Below are positions 15,189-26,999 of a stretch of DNA of 64,000 bases, one piece after another. Where the stretch lies: the NCBI GenBank assembly GCA_000320545.1, contig ADNK01000407.1, forward strand, positions 1 through 64,000, written 5' to 3'. Positions within the stretch are counted from its first letter, which is position 1. Each line of letters opens with the position of its first letter. Position numbers and translations under genes: made by a program. Source of the DNA: Bigelowiella natans CCMP2755. Taxonomy: Eukaryota > Protista > Cercozoa. The notes under the pieces are model-generated. The model worked only from the letters and a program-made list of their open reading frames with translations, was not told the DNA's origin and made no database searches.

Positions 15189-15437
15189 CATCAGCTTAAT
15201 TCTGGAGGCAGTGGCGATGGGCAGCTTCCTACGAGATGCTGAAGATTACGTGCGTGAATGTGTTTATCTTCGCTTGCTTGCCAATGTTTCGCTGTTTCTC
15301 CCTCTCCTGTCCGTGTGAGCGTTAGTTCACACGATTATGTATGCACACACTCACACACAGACACGTGCACATGTACAAGCACGCACGGCCGGCCGGACCT
15401 ATACATAGATTAAATAATATGTGTGTGTATATATATG

Positions 15438-15493
<56 letters not shown>

Positions 15494-15625
15494 ACATGAA
15501 TAAAACTGTGCATTCCATAATAGGTTGAAAAGGAGTCCACGTCCGACATTTTAACACCACTTCCACCGCTGCCGTTCGATGACAACTCCATAAAGGGCCT
15601 CCTAGGCGACGGTGGGCAAGCATAA
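9111..15625 (+). CDS. DUF760 / UV-B-induced protein At3g17800-like, probably plastid-targeted
   Basis: Exons ALEMVKSHLMSILG, KLQMSQVYMTSVMFGYFLRRVDHRYQ, SLRDYIEQFD and LILEAVAMGSFLRDAEDYV match family motifs as I recall them; N-terminal hydrophobic IAMILNALLIIASLMIIT followed by an R/G-rich segment. Start is approximate. Confidence 0.8.
11071..11132. repeat. Compound (TA)n(TG)n microsatellite, representative of many intronic SSRs
   Basis: Directly visible; similar (TA)n, (CA)n, (GA)n, (GAT)n, (TAG)n and (GAG)n tracts fill many introns and exons. Confidence 0.95.
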
Positions 15626-15849
15626 AGCGTTGTGATAACCGCAATTTAAGATCGATTACATCATGGCTGTAGTGGTAGTAGTAGTAGTGGACTGTGTAGA
15701 TTAGAAGTAGTTATTGTAGCGCGGTGATGACATTGTTGTTGATGAAATGATGATTATACATGGCGCTTTAACGATATTGTAGTAATTTTAAATCAATTGA
15801 AGTTCGATTCACTTGTACGTCATCCCGACGAAAGCCTGTAGCTGTACGC

Positions 15850-17060
15850 TTACGCATGTACGTGGTAATGTACATGCATATGTTCTAGATGTGTTCATTT
15901 ATGACTAATTTAGCTCGCTAAGCTTAATGACACAATAACGAGACATCTATGGTCCATCTAGGGCATGCTAGCATGTATGTAGCCATTGTGTGTCTTAGAC
16001 GTAGCACAAAACCGCAGCTAAGTATACAAGTACACGCATCTAGACAAGTCGCTCTAGCACACATGGTGCGACGATGCGCATCTACAGATATCTAGATATC
16101 TTAAGGCATCTAGCTAGCTAGCTAGACATACATCTAGACATGTCTAGCTAGATGTCCTAATCTGCAATGCGCACAGCTAGACAGCTAGATAGCCTTCAAC
16201 AACATCGATTTGTACATCGCAAGACGGGTGTAATTAATCAATCAAATTTGTTCAACATCGATTTGTACATCAATGACATCTCTGCTAGATCTAGTAGATC
16301 TGCGCAATTTGTGTACAGGTTCATCATGCATATTGATCTAGTGATGGTCTAGTGGTCATGTGGCTACGTGGCTGTAGGATCCAAGATAGCGGGGAGAAAT
16401 GGGCTTCGATGAGCTACATTAGCAGCAATCCCTTCGCGTCGCTGGAGGCAAAGCCGCTGAAGAAGAAAAGGAACAGAAAGAAAAAACGCAAAAACAAAAA
16501 GGAGGATGCCACTATCGCTGATCAAACGAACAAGGTCATTCTAGGAAAAGATGTCAACACTGATGTCAAGGAGACCGAATTGCCACACAAAGATGGAAGG
16601 GGCACCACGAAGAAAGTTTTGACTTCTAGCTTCGGCAACAATCTTCATTCCGCAAGAGTGATGCAAGATTTAAACCCACACGAGGAGGATGAATTCAAAC
16701 GCACACAGGACCGCGTGTTGACACTTGCTACATCAACAGCACAGTCCCGCGCACAAAAGCTAAGCAGCTACCGCAAGCCCGCCAAAAGGTTATGAGGTGG
16801 CCACATATTGTGCACACATCTAGTCATGTTTTGCGTGCACTTTAATGTGCCATGCGAAGTACGCATGATCTAGCACGCATACAGCTATACTAGATAGGGA
16901 TATATCTTCATATGCCGCTCTAACTAGCTTATAAGCTAGCTAGGTGACAACGATTTACAGTCCTGTACTCCATCATGCGATTCTGGGCTGGCTGTGCCCA
17001 TGCTAGCATGCATGCATGTACCGATGATGTAAGCCCATCTCTAGATCTAGCTAGCCAGCG
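15850..17060. other. CTAG-rich, TpA-depleted island 2 (contains K-rich ORF 16352-16795)
   Basis: 14-bp palindromes gatatctagatatc (16087) and ctagacatgtctag (~16134), (ctag)n runs; lies between convergent gene ends. Confidence 0.85.
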
Positions 17061-17309
17061 TCTTCATAGAATAACGTCATATCATAATGTAACATTCTTC
17101 CTGTCCGCACAGTCTACTCCATTTTCTGAACCGCAGGTTTTCCAGAAAACCTTTCATTCGAACATCATCCAAAGTCATATCGATTCCCCCGCCGCAGCAA
17201 TTCTTGCATGGGTAATGTAATGAAATATATTGGCTGTCCACTAGAAGACAGTTAATGATTTATCCCGAGACATGACAATATTAACTGTGTCGCGGGACAA
17301 AAATGCATC

Positions 17310-17617
17310 TTAAGTATGTCTTCTTCGTTGTTTTAACAACCAGCAGTGAATGCGTCAGCAAGTAAATCGTGCGGTGATTGTTTTGGAACAACACGCGACA
17401 TACCCCCCTATCGTAGGGCAAGGATCTGTTTTCCGGCAGCAGTTGTGATCATCGTGTGTGAATGCATTCAAGCATATGAGTTCATATACGACACAACTAC
17501 TTCATACCGTGCTAATCTTGCTTTGCGTGCCTCTTCTATCCGTTGCTTATCCTGCGGACAATGATGACCTCAAATAAGTAACATGCAGGTATGCACATCT
17601 GTGCATGCGTTCATGTA

Positions 17618-17655
<38 letters not shown>

Positions 17656-17919
17656 TTGAAATTAGAAATACTAAAGTCGAAAAGCGCGTTGTGTTGGAAT
17701 TCTCAGTCTGCACCACCACTTTACCCACTTTTAACCACTGTTTCCTCTCTATTTGATGTGTATGAGTGACAATGCAATTCTAACCAAAATAGTCTTACCA
17801 TTACGATGAAACAACATTAGGGAACAACTTTGCACTTAATGATGTCGGATGGAAAATATCATCGGCGTTTTGTTCGCCACATCTTCGCAATCCGATTTCA
17901 AAAGTAATCTGACACGAAT

Positions 17920-17960
<41 letters not shown>

Positions 17961-17964
17961 TGTA

Positions 17965-17995
<31 letters not shown>

Positions 17996-19040
17996 ACCGG
18001 CAAGGCTGCGAGTGTGTTGACATCTCTCTTGCTGTTCCTTAAGAAGAACAGTCCTACTAAGATGATTGCGGACACTCCTAAAACGGCGCTCCCAATCGGT
18101 GTACCAGCCCCGACTAATGAGGACAATTTAACGTGAAATAATGAGGCAAAACTAGAGGGATTGTTGCTTCTACTCGATCTTTCATCATCATTGGCATTAT
18201 AAATTTATTTTCGCCGCCACCACAGTATCATCTGTACTAGCGTATTTTTAACAAATTACAATCGGCTCCGATGGTGGACGACTCGAGTTCTAGCTTAGCG
18301 CATTGTTTTCTCAAATTTTCAATGTCTCCCTTGTCTGTTTTCAGGCTTTCCGGGTTCTGCTCAAGCTTGCAAATGGGCATACACCAGTAATCAGTAGATG
18401 TTGCAGGAGGTTCACTTCCATCAACTCCATCATTTATTTCATATCAATTCCTGTTCATTATTCACGATTTCCCTAATATAGAAGCATGTGTAAGATGGCT
18501 ACCACGTCGCAGAGCTTCTTCAACCGCTTTCTGTAGGACTGCGACAACGGTAGTGGCCCATCACTGTATCATCATCATTCATGCATTTCCGTCAGCACCC
18601 GATCAGGTCAAAGAAGAAGAAGAAAAGAAAAAAAAAAGAAAAAGAAAAAGAAGACAGTGACAAAATTATTTCTCCGCTCGATATGATCGATTGATAATGA
18701 TGACTGAAGTAAACGTGCGCTGCGGCACTTTTTGACACATTGTCGAAAGGAGGTGTAATATTTTCATTCAAGAAGCCTCTTTTCATAGCTCAACGGTCGT
18801 TCATATCATATATGCGATAAGGTATGGCAACCTGTCCGCAGCTGTCCACGAGACGTCGCACTCGGCAGGAAGGACTGCGAGGAGGAGGAAGAATACTCCC
18901 AAAAGCCAACATTTGAAGTTACAGCTATTTCCAATAGGTATGGACAACAAAGAAATTCACAATAATCAATGACCGCAATTGAATACAGCCAGATCTACTT
19001 CCAAATTGCACACGTAGACACAAATGCACACGCACATGGA
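17310..19040 (-). CDS. Small secretory-pathway single-pass membrane protein (hypothetical)
   Basis: Exons: WLLGVFFLLLAVLPAECD (signal-like), DGPLPLSQSYRKRLKKLCD, NLRKQCAKLE, TM SAVLGVSAIILVGLFFL, DKQRIEEARKARLAR. Both ends uncertain. Confidence 0.55.
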
Positions 19041-19899
19041 AGGCGAAACCCCCTTTCGAGGAAAACAAGAACACAAGATTGTGGAGAACCTCATCATCGA
19101 CGACGAGCTTTGCCAATCAAATGTGGGAAATCTCGGGAAATCCCCCAAAATTATTGTCGCAGTAATGAAACGAACTCGCATTCGTGATCTACGACTCCCG
19201 TATGAAACAGGAGTCCAAAACAGCCGGAAAGAACTATGGAAATTTTGCCTGCCGAGGAAGCTCTTGCCACGAAAAACAACACTGATCATTATTGTCATCC
19301 TTCTCCTAACAGCTACTTTTAGATTATCCTGGTATAGGCCGGACGACTTCTGGAGAAGTTGCCTTAATTACTGGATAGCAGCAGTTTGTGCTCGTCTTTG
19401 CATAGATCTAGTCACGAAAAAATCTTTAAAAATATGTGGAATTCGTGGAGATCGCATGCCGTTTTCGAAATGCGGTAAGGCATAAACGCAGTTTTTCCCT
19501 GCGAGCGTCGTATAAATCTCGAGACCATCTGTGCTTCGCACTGATCCTAACCATGTCCCCCATCCAAAGACGTGGATAGTTTCTTGACCAATGGTAATGG
19601 CAGCCAAAATAATACCCCAAGGGGCAAGGACAATGTAGGTCGCACAGATATAATACAGAAGTATCCATTTGCCGTCTTCAAAGCAGGATAAATCTCAGTC
19701 GTTTGAATTGGCACCCAATTCGTACCCCAACGAGAACCATTCTCACCGTGAATGTTAAGTGTCATTTACCCATGGAAACAGAAAACATATGAATATAAGA
19801 TCCTTTTTTCGCTACCCCTCGACTCTTTACCCCCACTGTTTGATCACTCTTCGCTTTCCGAACGTTTCAGTGCGTCAGCGAAGCACATCCATCGGCTTT

Positions 19900-20300
19900 T
19901 AAGCAAATTTGAGAAATAAACACATGCAGACATCTATGCTTCATGCATAGCACAAGCCCTATCCATGCATACAATAGCTAGTCATGGAATAGAAATAAGT
20001 TGCGCGCAGCAATGATTAACACCGTCAGCTAGTCATCCGATATCAATGTCGATCTTTACTAGCTCGATCATGTACTTGTTGTGGTACCCCAGCCGAGCGC
20101 AACGCCACTACTAGTTGTGCATTATATATGCGTGCGGTACAGCGTCACACTCATGCAATATGTTGTTCCTGACTACACACTGAAAATTTTGTCCGAGCAT
20201 CACACTTCCATTATTATATGATAACTAGATAAGCCTATAGAAGCGCCTTGGACAGGCTAGCAGGCTATGCACATACAGGATCGGAGCAATATCAGCAATA
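19900..20300. other. Weaker CTAG/CATG-rich island 3
   Basis: Repeated ctag, atgcat, catg downstream of the calpain 3' end; TA depletion incomplete. Confidence 0.55.
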
Positions 20301-20365
20301 CAGGTTTTGTGTGTTCATGTGCAGTGTGAATTATATGGCTGGAGGATACCTATGCTATTCAATGA

Positions 20366-22453
20366 TTATGACAACAAGGAACTGACGGTTAGGATCCTAC
20401 ACGAATGGTTCCACGTGCACGTTGCGGTAAGCGTTGCTACAACTATCTTTCTCCCTCTTCTTCCGTCAACACCCGAGAATTCACCTCTCCCAGCAGACCG
20501 TAGTGCTTCTCCTCGCCGCTCGACAGGAGGAGCCTTAAAGTTCAAAGTCACTAAAGGCTCTCTACTCTTCCCACAAGCCTCACATCTGCTGACAACGTCA
20601 ACTCCCAAAGAATTGCTACTGTTATTCCGTGTATTGGAGTTTCGAAATGTGCATCTAGGACACGTCCAGAAGGAAGTAGAGGAGGAGGAGGAGGAGCCAT
20701 TCAAAGGGACTTGTCCGTTCTTTTCTTTGCCGCTGCTACTGATGACAACCCCCGGCCTTCGATATGCGATGTGCATATTGAGTAGCCTCAAGCCAACGGA
20801 CAGCTTCTTTTGTGCTCCACCAGAAATGTGAGAGGAGGTGCCGAGGTATTTTGTAGCAGTGGGAATGCGTTCTTCGCATTTTCCGTACTCCAAGATCAAC
20901 AGCGCAACTGCCCCCCCTTGCAAAAGAGTGAGGTGGTACCCACCGTGTCGGCGTGCGGAGGAGGTTCTTAGGGAGGAAGAGGAGGAGGTCAAAGTGGCAG
21001 AACTTCGCACGATCGCCATCAGCCCCCTGTTGTTGACATTATCACCAACATAATTATCAACAATCATCATCTCCTCATCGTAGCAGCAGCATCATTATAA
21101 ATGGCCACCGACAGCCGAGATAACCCCCTACATATAAGCAGCAGTGACAACGACAACAAACAACAAGAACAACAGCAGATACTACCTACCTCTATTAAAT
21201 AATAATATTATTATTACTACTTGCTACTGCTACTCTTCCATTACTTTACGGCAGTGTCGGGAAGAGGTGCTCGCCGCACGACATCGACCTCATTCGCGCT
21301 AAATATTGACAAGTGAAAAGGGGCGACACGGGCCTGTTGCTGGTGGGATCGTATGCGGAAGACGAGCGGTGTGACTATGTACTCCACGTTCGGCTGCAAG
21401 ATCATCTCGATATGCGCGCTACGCACAGCGCCGGACAGTATTGCGGCTTCACACGCCCACTCCCCGTCGTCCCTGTTGCCCCTGTCGCCGCTATCATCGC
21501 CTTTCCCGCCCCCCGATTTGTTAGCGTGGCGCTGATGGGCATCCACGCTACTGCTACCACTACTACTGCTCGAACAGATGGATAACCCCATATCAGTGTA
21601 GAAGCGTGCGCGACGACCCCTCCCCCTCTTGGTTGGCTGGAGCAGCATGATGTAGCACCATGTGGGCTTACGGACCTTCAGCCTGTACTCGAACCCCCCC
21701 CCGCCGACCAGCATCCTGCCCGCCGCCGCCGGTCCCAACGCGCCTTCATCGGCAAACGTGCGCGTGCTCCACTCTCTGTGGGCTTTGCAGACGTCTACCT
21801 CACTGAACCGCATGAGGAAATCAGAGTAGGTCATCCAGAATGTCCCGTCGTTCTTCAAGGTGGCGTTTCCCAGCAGGGAGCGCAGTTGGAGAGTCCACCT
21901 CTCAGAACTCCGCGCCCATTCCCCAGTCCACTCCTGCCGCCCCCACGGGTTGCGCACGCAAACCAGCCGAAGGGGTGCTGCTGCTGCGGTGTGTTGACTG
22001 ATGATGCTGGTGTTGCCACCGCTGCTGCTGCTGTATTGCTTATACTCCTCCCTTTGTAGCCTCTCGGCAAGCTGTTGGTCGGCACTTATACCAGTGATGG
22101 CGGGCTCCGCATTGGTGGTGGAAGGGTCCTCCCCCCGCACTCCTCCTCTTCCCGCTATCGCACCGCTTCCTCCCCTCTCGCCCCCCCCCCCCATTCCAAA
22201 GCAAGCCTCGATCTTGAGCTGTCGACCAATTGGTATACCCGACACTTCTCTGACGTCCAGAATCGAGTAAGCATGGTTTCCAACAAGACCTACGTCTTTC
22301 AGCCCAAGGCTGTAATGGCCTGTGATGCTGGCACCCATGGGAAAGCCTTCTTGGTGAAACGATAGAAGCCGAGCCCATGTCGCCTCGGAGTCGAACCGAT
22401 CGCTCCCGAACTCAATGCTCTCAGTAGGGCAGCCCTGTTGCACAGTGGTAGTA

Positions 22454-22490
<37 letters not shown>

Positions 22491-22547
22491 GATGTACGAT
22501 GTTGGTTGCAGGTAGGTGCGCATATTAAGAAGAAAAGATGGATGTTG

Positions 22548-22586
<39 letters not shown>

Positions 22587-22625
22587 CTGGGTACAATTTG
22601 TTTCTATTCCGCTTAGGATAATTTG

Positions 22626-22658
<33 letters not shown>

Positions 22659-23275
22659 ATACATATATCACTAGCACTTGTTCGGACATGTGTATCGGTC
22701 GGCTCTAGCATCACCGTCAAGTCTTGCAGCGCCTCGTGGACCCAGCCCCCGGAGATCGCTTGGTAAGAACCGTGGAACTTTGCGTAAGCCTTTTCAAGGA
22801 TGGGCGCCCAGATTACACGACGTGGTGCTTTGGAGTACGCAAGCTGCCATTGATGATGAGCTTCCTGCTCCTCTTTAACGCTTAGAATGAAGGAGGAGGG
22901 GGTGGATGTGGAAGAGGTTTTGCGCTTGTTCTTAGCTCTTTTTTTCTCGCGTACAGGCAGGAAGTTGTCGACCATGATCTGAGGAGGGAAGAGATACCAA
23001 AGAGGGTAATGTTGGAGTGGTGTATATAGGAGGTGTTAAAATGATTTATATTTCGTCCAACAATTATCTATTAATTAGCAGGATGCTACCATTCTCCAGC
23101 CCCCATCGAGGAATAGCCGCACGGTGTAGCGACCCTTCTCCTCCTCGCTCTCATCATTGCCAGGTTGAATGGTTCTTATCCTTGTTTTTGACCGTGAAGA
23201 GAGTGAGCAGTCATTCTTGATTCGAGGGGCACCAACACGAGAGGACGATGGCGGGAAGAATATGTTCTACGCGAA

Positions 23276-23312
<37 letters not shown>

Positions 23313-24191
23313 AGTTGTGTGGTTGGACTCGTTACCCGCACTTCATACATGCGCATACGTGTACTACTATAAAGTACTGCTATAACTACTAACCCTAATA
23401 AGATCAGGTCGGCGCTCTGCCACAACCGCGACAGCTGAGAGAAACCAGCAGTCGCCTACAGAGCCTTGTACGATATCGGTGGAACGGAAGATTCGACTAC
23501 TGCTGCTGCTGCTGCTACTGCCATGATTGCTGGCGCTCCCTCCCTTCGAAGCCAACTTGTACGATGGAGGGCCAAAACGACGCCATTTTAGGCGCAGGAT
23601 GGCACTAGAGTGCCACGTTGCCCTACTGTCGGCCCATAGGAAGAAGCCGCAGCGCCTCTTTGCGTCTCTCTCCGCGCAGCTCCAAAATTCCCGGCCTTGA
23701 TTCACTCCCTCCTTCCCCACGGTGCGGATACGTGCTCTCTTTTTGCATCGGCAGAGAGGCGGTGCTCTGGACGAAGACGACGGCGACAAAGATGGTTGCT
23801 TGCCACTGCCTCTTCGGCCATCCAGCGAGGAAGGGCATGGTGGGAATTGGGGGTCGGTAAATAATGTCGTTGTCGTCGTTGTCGATAAAGAAGCGCCTCT
23901 TTTCCTCTTCATCATCATTTGCATCAATGGATGGAGTGCCTTCTGCTTTTTATAACTCGCTGTTTTCTCCTCATTTTTGGAAGAAGAAATATTAGTAGTA
24001 GTGGTTGTTGTAGTGATAGGAGGAGGAGGAACGGGGGAGGGGAGGGGAAGACTAGTTGTAGTTGTAGCAGCACTAGCTGGAGTAGAAGAAGAAGCATGCG
24101 TGGTATTCTGGCTCATCATTAGCTGTGTACTCACATCTCCATTGGATCTCTTTCTCCGCTCTGGGAAGATTGATGTCTTTGTGGTGGGTTG

Positions 24192-24225
<34 letters not shown>

Positions 24226-24860
24226 TTGCAGCTGGCACTGGTTCTACTAGTGCTGGTGCGTGAAGAGCGACAAATGAAGCATCTAGTGTTACCAGGTTTA
24301 TTGAAATACGTGCATACGCTACATGTCCAGAGATTGCAGCTGCTACTAGCAACATTAGACCACCAAAAGGACGTGACGAAAACAAAAACATCGTTAGTCT
24401 GATTTTTACAATAGAATGACGGGTTGCATTTGATGGACATGAGTAGTGCTTCTTCTTCTTCTTCTTCTTCATCATCATCATCTTCTTCTTCTTCTTCTTC
24501 TTCTTCCCTGTATAGACCTTTTCTCGTTCTCCGATTGGGAGTCAGAACTCCGCCGTAGTTTCTTCTCCACAGTGACCACAGCGCTCGGATTTCTTCGCTT
24601 CTGTGTCGTCCGTTGTGAAAGAGAGATCTCACTGCTGGGCTGGGGTAAGGAAGACTCCGAAGCCTGTTGTGAGGAGGACGACGACGCTTGCTCTCCACAA
24701 GAGAAATGTGCTTCGCAGTGCGCTGCTATCTCAGCCTCGGGATACATCCTGAGAAGGTGGTGGTGGTGGGGAAAAAAGGATGAAGATGGAGAGGAAGATG
24801 GAAAAGCAACTGACACGTGTGCTTCGATTCTCACCCAGAGCAGACCGGGCATGCCCTCAT
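20366..24860 (-). CDS. Calpain-family cysteine protease (calpain-15/SOL-like) with UBZ, RanBP2 and GRF zinc fingers
   Basis: Catalytic motifs QGSVGDCWFLSAVA, GNHAYSIL, RNPWG; also WAPILEKAYAKFHGSYQAISGG and DGTFWMTYSDF. Fingers: WTCSVCTYFN..CFIC, GRF CRC...GREFWSC...CGFFLWAD, C-terminal WTCPRCTFRN..CEACG, and spliced N-terminus MRACPVCSGMYPEAEIAAHCEAHF. Confidence 0.9.
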
Positions 24861-25115
24861 GTGCCAGAGAGGGGAGGAGGGCGTCCTGTCGCCACTGGCA
24901 ACAGGTGCTCCGATAATTTGGGAAATCCATTCTTGTCGTACGAAGAAAACGGCTTCTATTTCATCAAAGAAAATCCGGTTTACGCGGGAAAATGATTAAG
25001 TCGCACACGAAAAACGCCCTATCTCTGCCCACATTTTTTTTGAACTTTCCAACTGACAGAAACAGAACCGAGAGCCGACTACGCCCCCGCCCCTATCTTC
25101 TACGACGACTGTGCA
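24861..25115. promoter_or_regulatory. Short divergent (bidirectional) promoter region
   Basis: About 255 bp between the inferred ATGs of the calpain (-) and the C2H2 gene (+). Confidence 0.45.
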
Positions 25116-26766
25116 ATGGATCTCCGGCAGGATGGGGTACGTCAACCATTCAAATATTTATGGGCTATTGTGAATAGCTTCCACGCTTCGTAAACGTTTA
25201 TCTAACCAAACATACATTTTAAGGCTCCTGGTATCTATCTACTATCTCGTCGCCGTTGTGGGTAGGCCTCCAAAAGATTTCAGGACGCAGTGCACCATCT
25301 GCGGTAGGGATTTCAGTTGTCCAGGAAATTTAAGGGTGATATGATCTCCTTCATTTCTTTGATTTTATTTGAACTGCGATATTGGTATTCTTATTTATAA
25401 GTACATACGCATTTTTTAATTTTATCGTTCGACAAATCAAAATCGAATTACATAAAGCGCGTTTTCTATTCCCTCCCTCCCTCCCCCTCCTTCCGACCAT
25501 TTCCTTCCCTTTCTTCTTCTTTTTATATGCAAAAATATGTATCCCTTGACTGATACAGCGACACCGGAAGAATCATATCCCAATCTTTGATTTCACTTGT
25601 ATCACCTGTGGACGGTCATTTCGGGAGAAGAGAAATCTTGGGGTAGTACTACTGATGGAGGCGAAGGAGGAGGACGATGAAAAACATCGCTGAAACCATA
25701 CCTTGATTCACAGATTTTACCAAAAAATACTACTGTTGCCACTGCTGTCGTTCTCCTGCTCCTGCTCTACCTTATTATATCTTGTCGCTGTGCAGAGACA
25801 CAGACTGATACACACGGGTCAGAAGCCGTACCCCTGCCCGACGTGCAACGCCACCTTCCGGCAACATGTGCATGTTCATCAGCACATTATGGCTCAACAC
25901 AGCCCGGTTCATTTATTTACCTACGATAAATACATTATGCCGACGTCAGATGGGAGGAGGAGAAAATAATATAATTATGTTTGTTTATGTGTTTATTTTG
26001 ACACACGTGCGTGTGTGTGTGTTTGTGCGTTGTATGCGTAATGAGTGACGTGCCATGTAAATGTCGATGTCATGAATACATAATTCTAAGATTCAAAACA
26101 GTACACGCGACACACTCAAATATTTCTCTTCTCTAACTCTCTCTCTCTAATATATACATATTTAAATATATCTGTCTCTCTCTTTTTACTGATGACTCGC
26201 ATCGTCACCAGCATCTAAAAGCGAAATGTAAGCTGTGTGCGATGAAGTTCAGCTCCTCAAAAGAAATACCTGGCCACATGTACTTAAGGCATCCACAGAA
26301 CCGCACTCTGCCGAAGGTGATCTATAGTAGCCATTACAGGAAGGACCCCCCCCCCCTTATAGCAGCTAAATGGCAATGATGATCCAGAGCTTCCAGCATG
26401 CTTGCTAGACAGTGAAATGACGAGGAAGAAGGGAACGTGGATTGGAAATCTATTCTACATGAGTACTGGAAATAAAAGCTATAATTCTGCTTTTAGTGTC
26501 CCTCCTGCCAGAAAACCTTCCTCTTCCCTTCAGGATTGAAGGTGGACCTCTGTACTATTGAACCGTGCATGAATGAACATACACGAGTTTATGGATTCCT
26601 GTGTGAGCCAGGAAGGGGATTTTCTGATCGGTGCAATATTTACTCATTTTCGAACAGCGTCATCGGAGTGGATCTTGCTGTGGGAAAGCTAGGAACGTCA
26701 CGAGAGCTATCGTCACAGCGACAGGAACTATCTCTCCTTGCAAGTCTTGATATCAAGGACGACTAA
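25116..26766 (+). CDS. C2H2 zinc-finger protein (4 fingers)
   Basis: Spliced: CTICGRDFSCPGNLRRHRKNH, CITCGRSFREKRNLGRHRLIHTGQKPY, CPTCNATFRQHVHVHQHIMAQH, CKLCAMKF..H..H; TGQKPY linker. Stop at 26475 or 26766. Confidence 0.9.
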
Positions 26767-26999
26767 TAATGCCAGACAATGTAGGATCCATTCTAAAGAG
26801 AGTCAGATATAAACTCTATTTTTTTTACATCATAAAATTAGATGAAGTCTATCATAGGGAGCGCGCGGCACGCGCACAGACAGGGAGAGGAAAACTACGT
26901 GGATAATAAAGATAGGCGCTTCGCATAGCATATTTCATAATACGAATGTGAATTGTATGTAATCTCCCAGCGGTGGTAAACGAAACAACACGCACGTGT

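Noticed and set aside
9870-15644. Dozens of short poly-M/H/T/CV/YI ORFs
   Set aside because: Translations of intronic microsatellites.
19024-19765. Overlapping ORFs on both strands as a gene or pseudogene
   Set aside because: No recognisable motifs or consistent splice structure.
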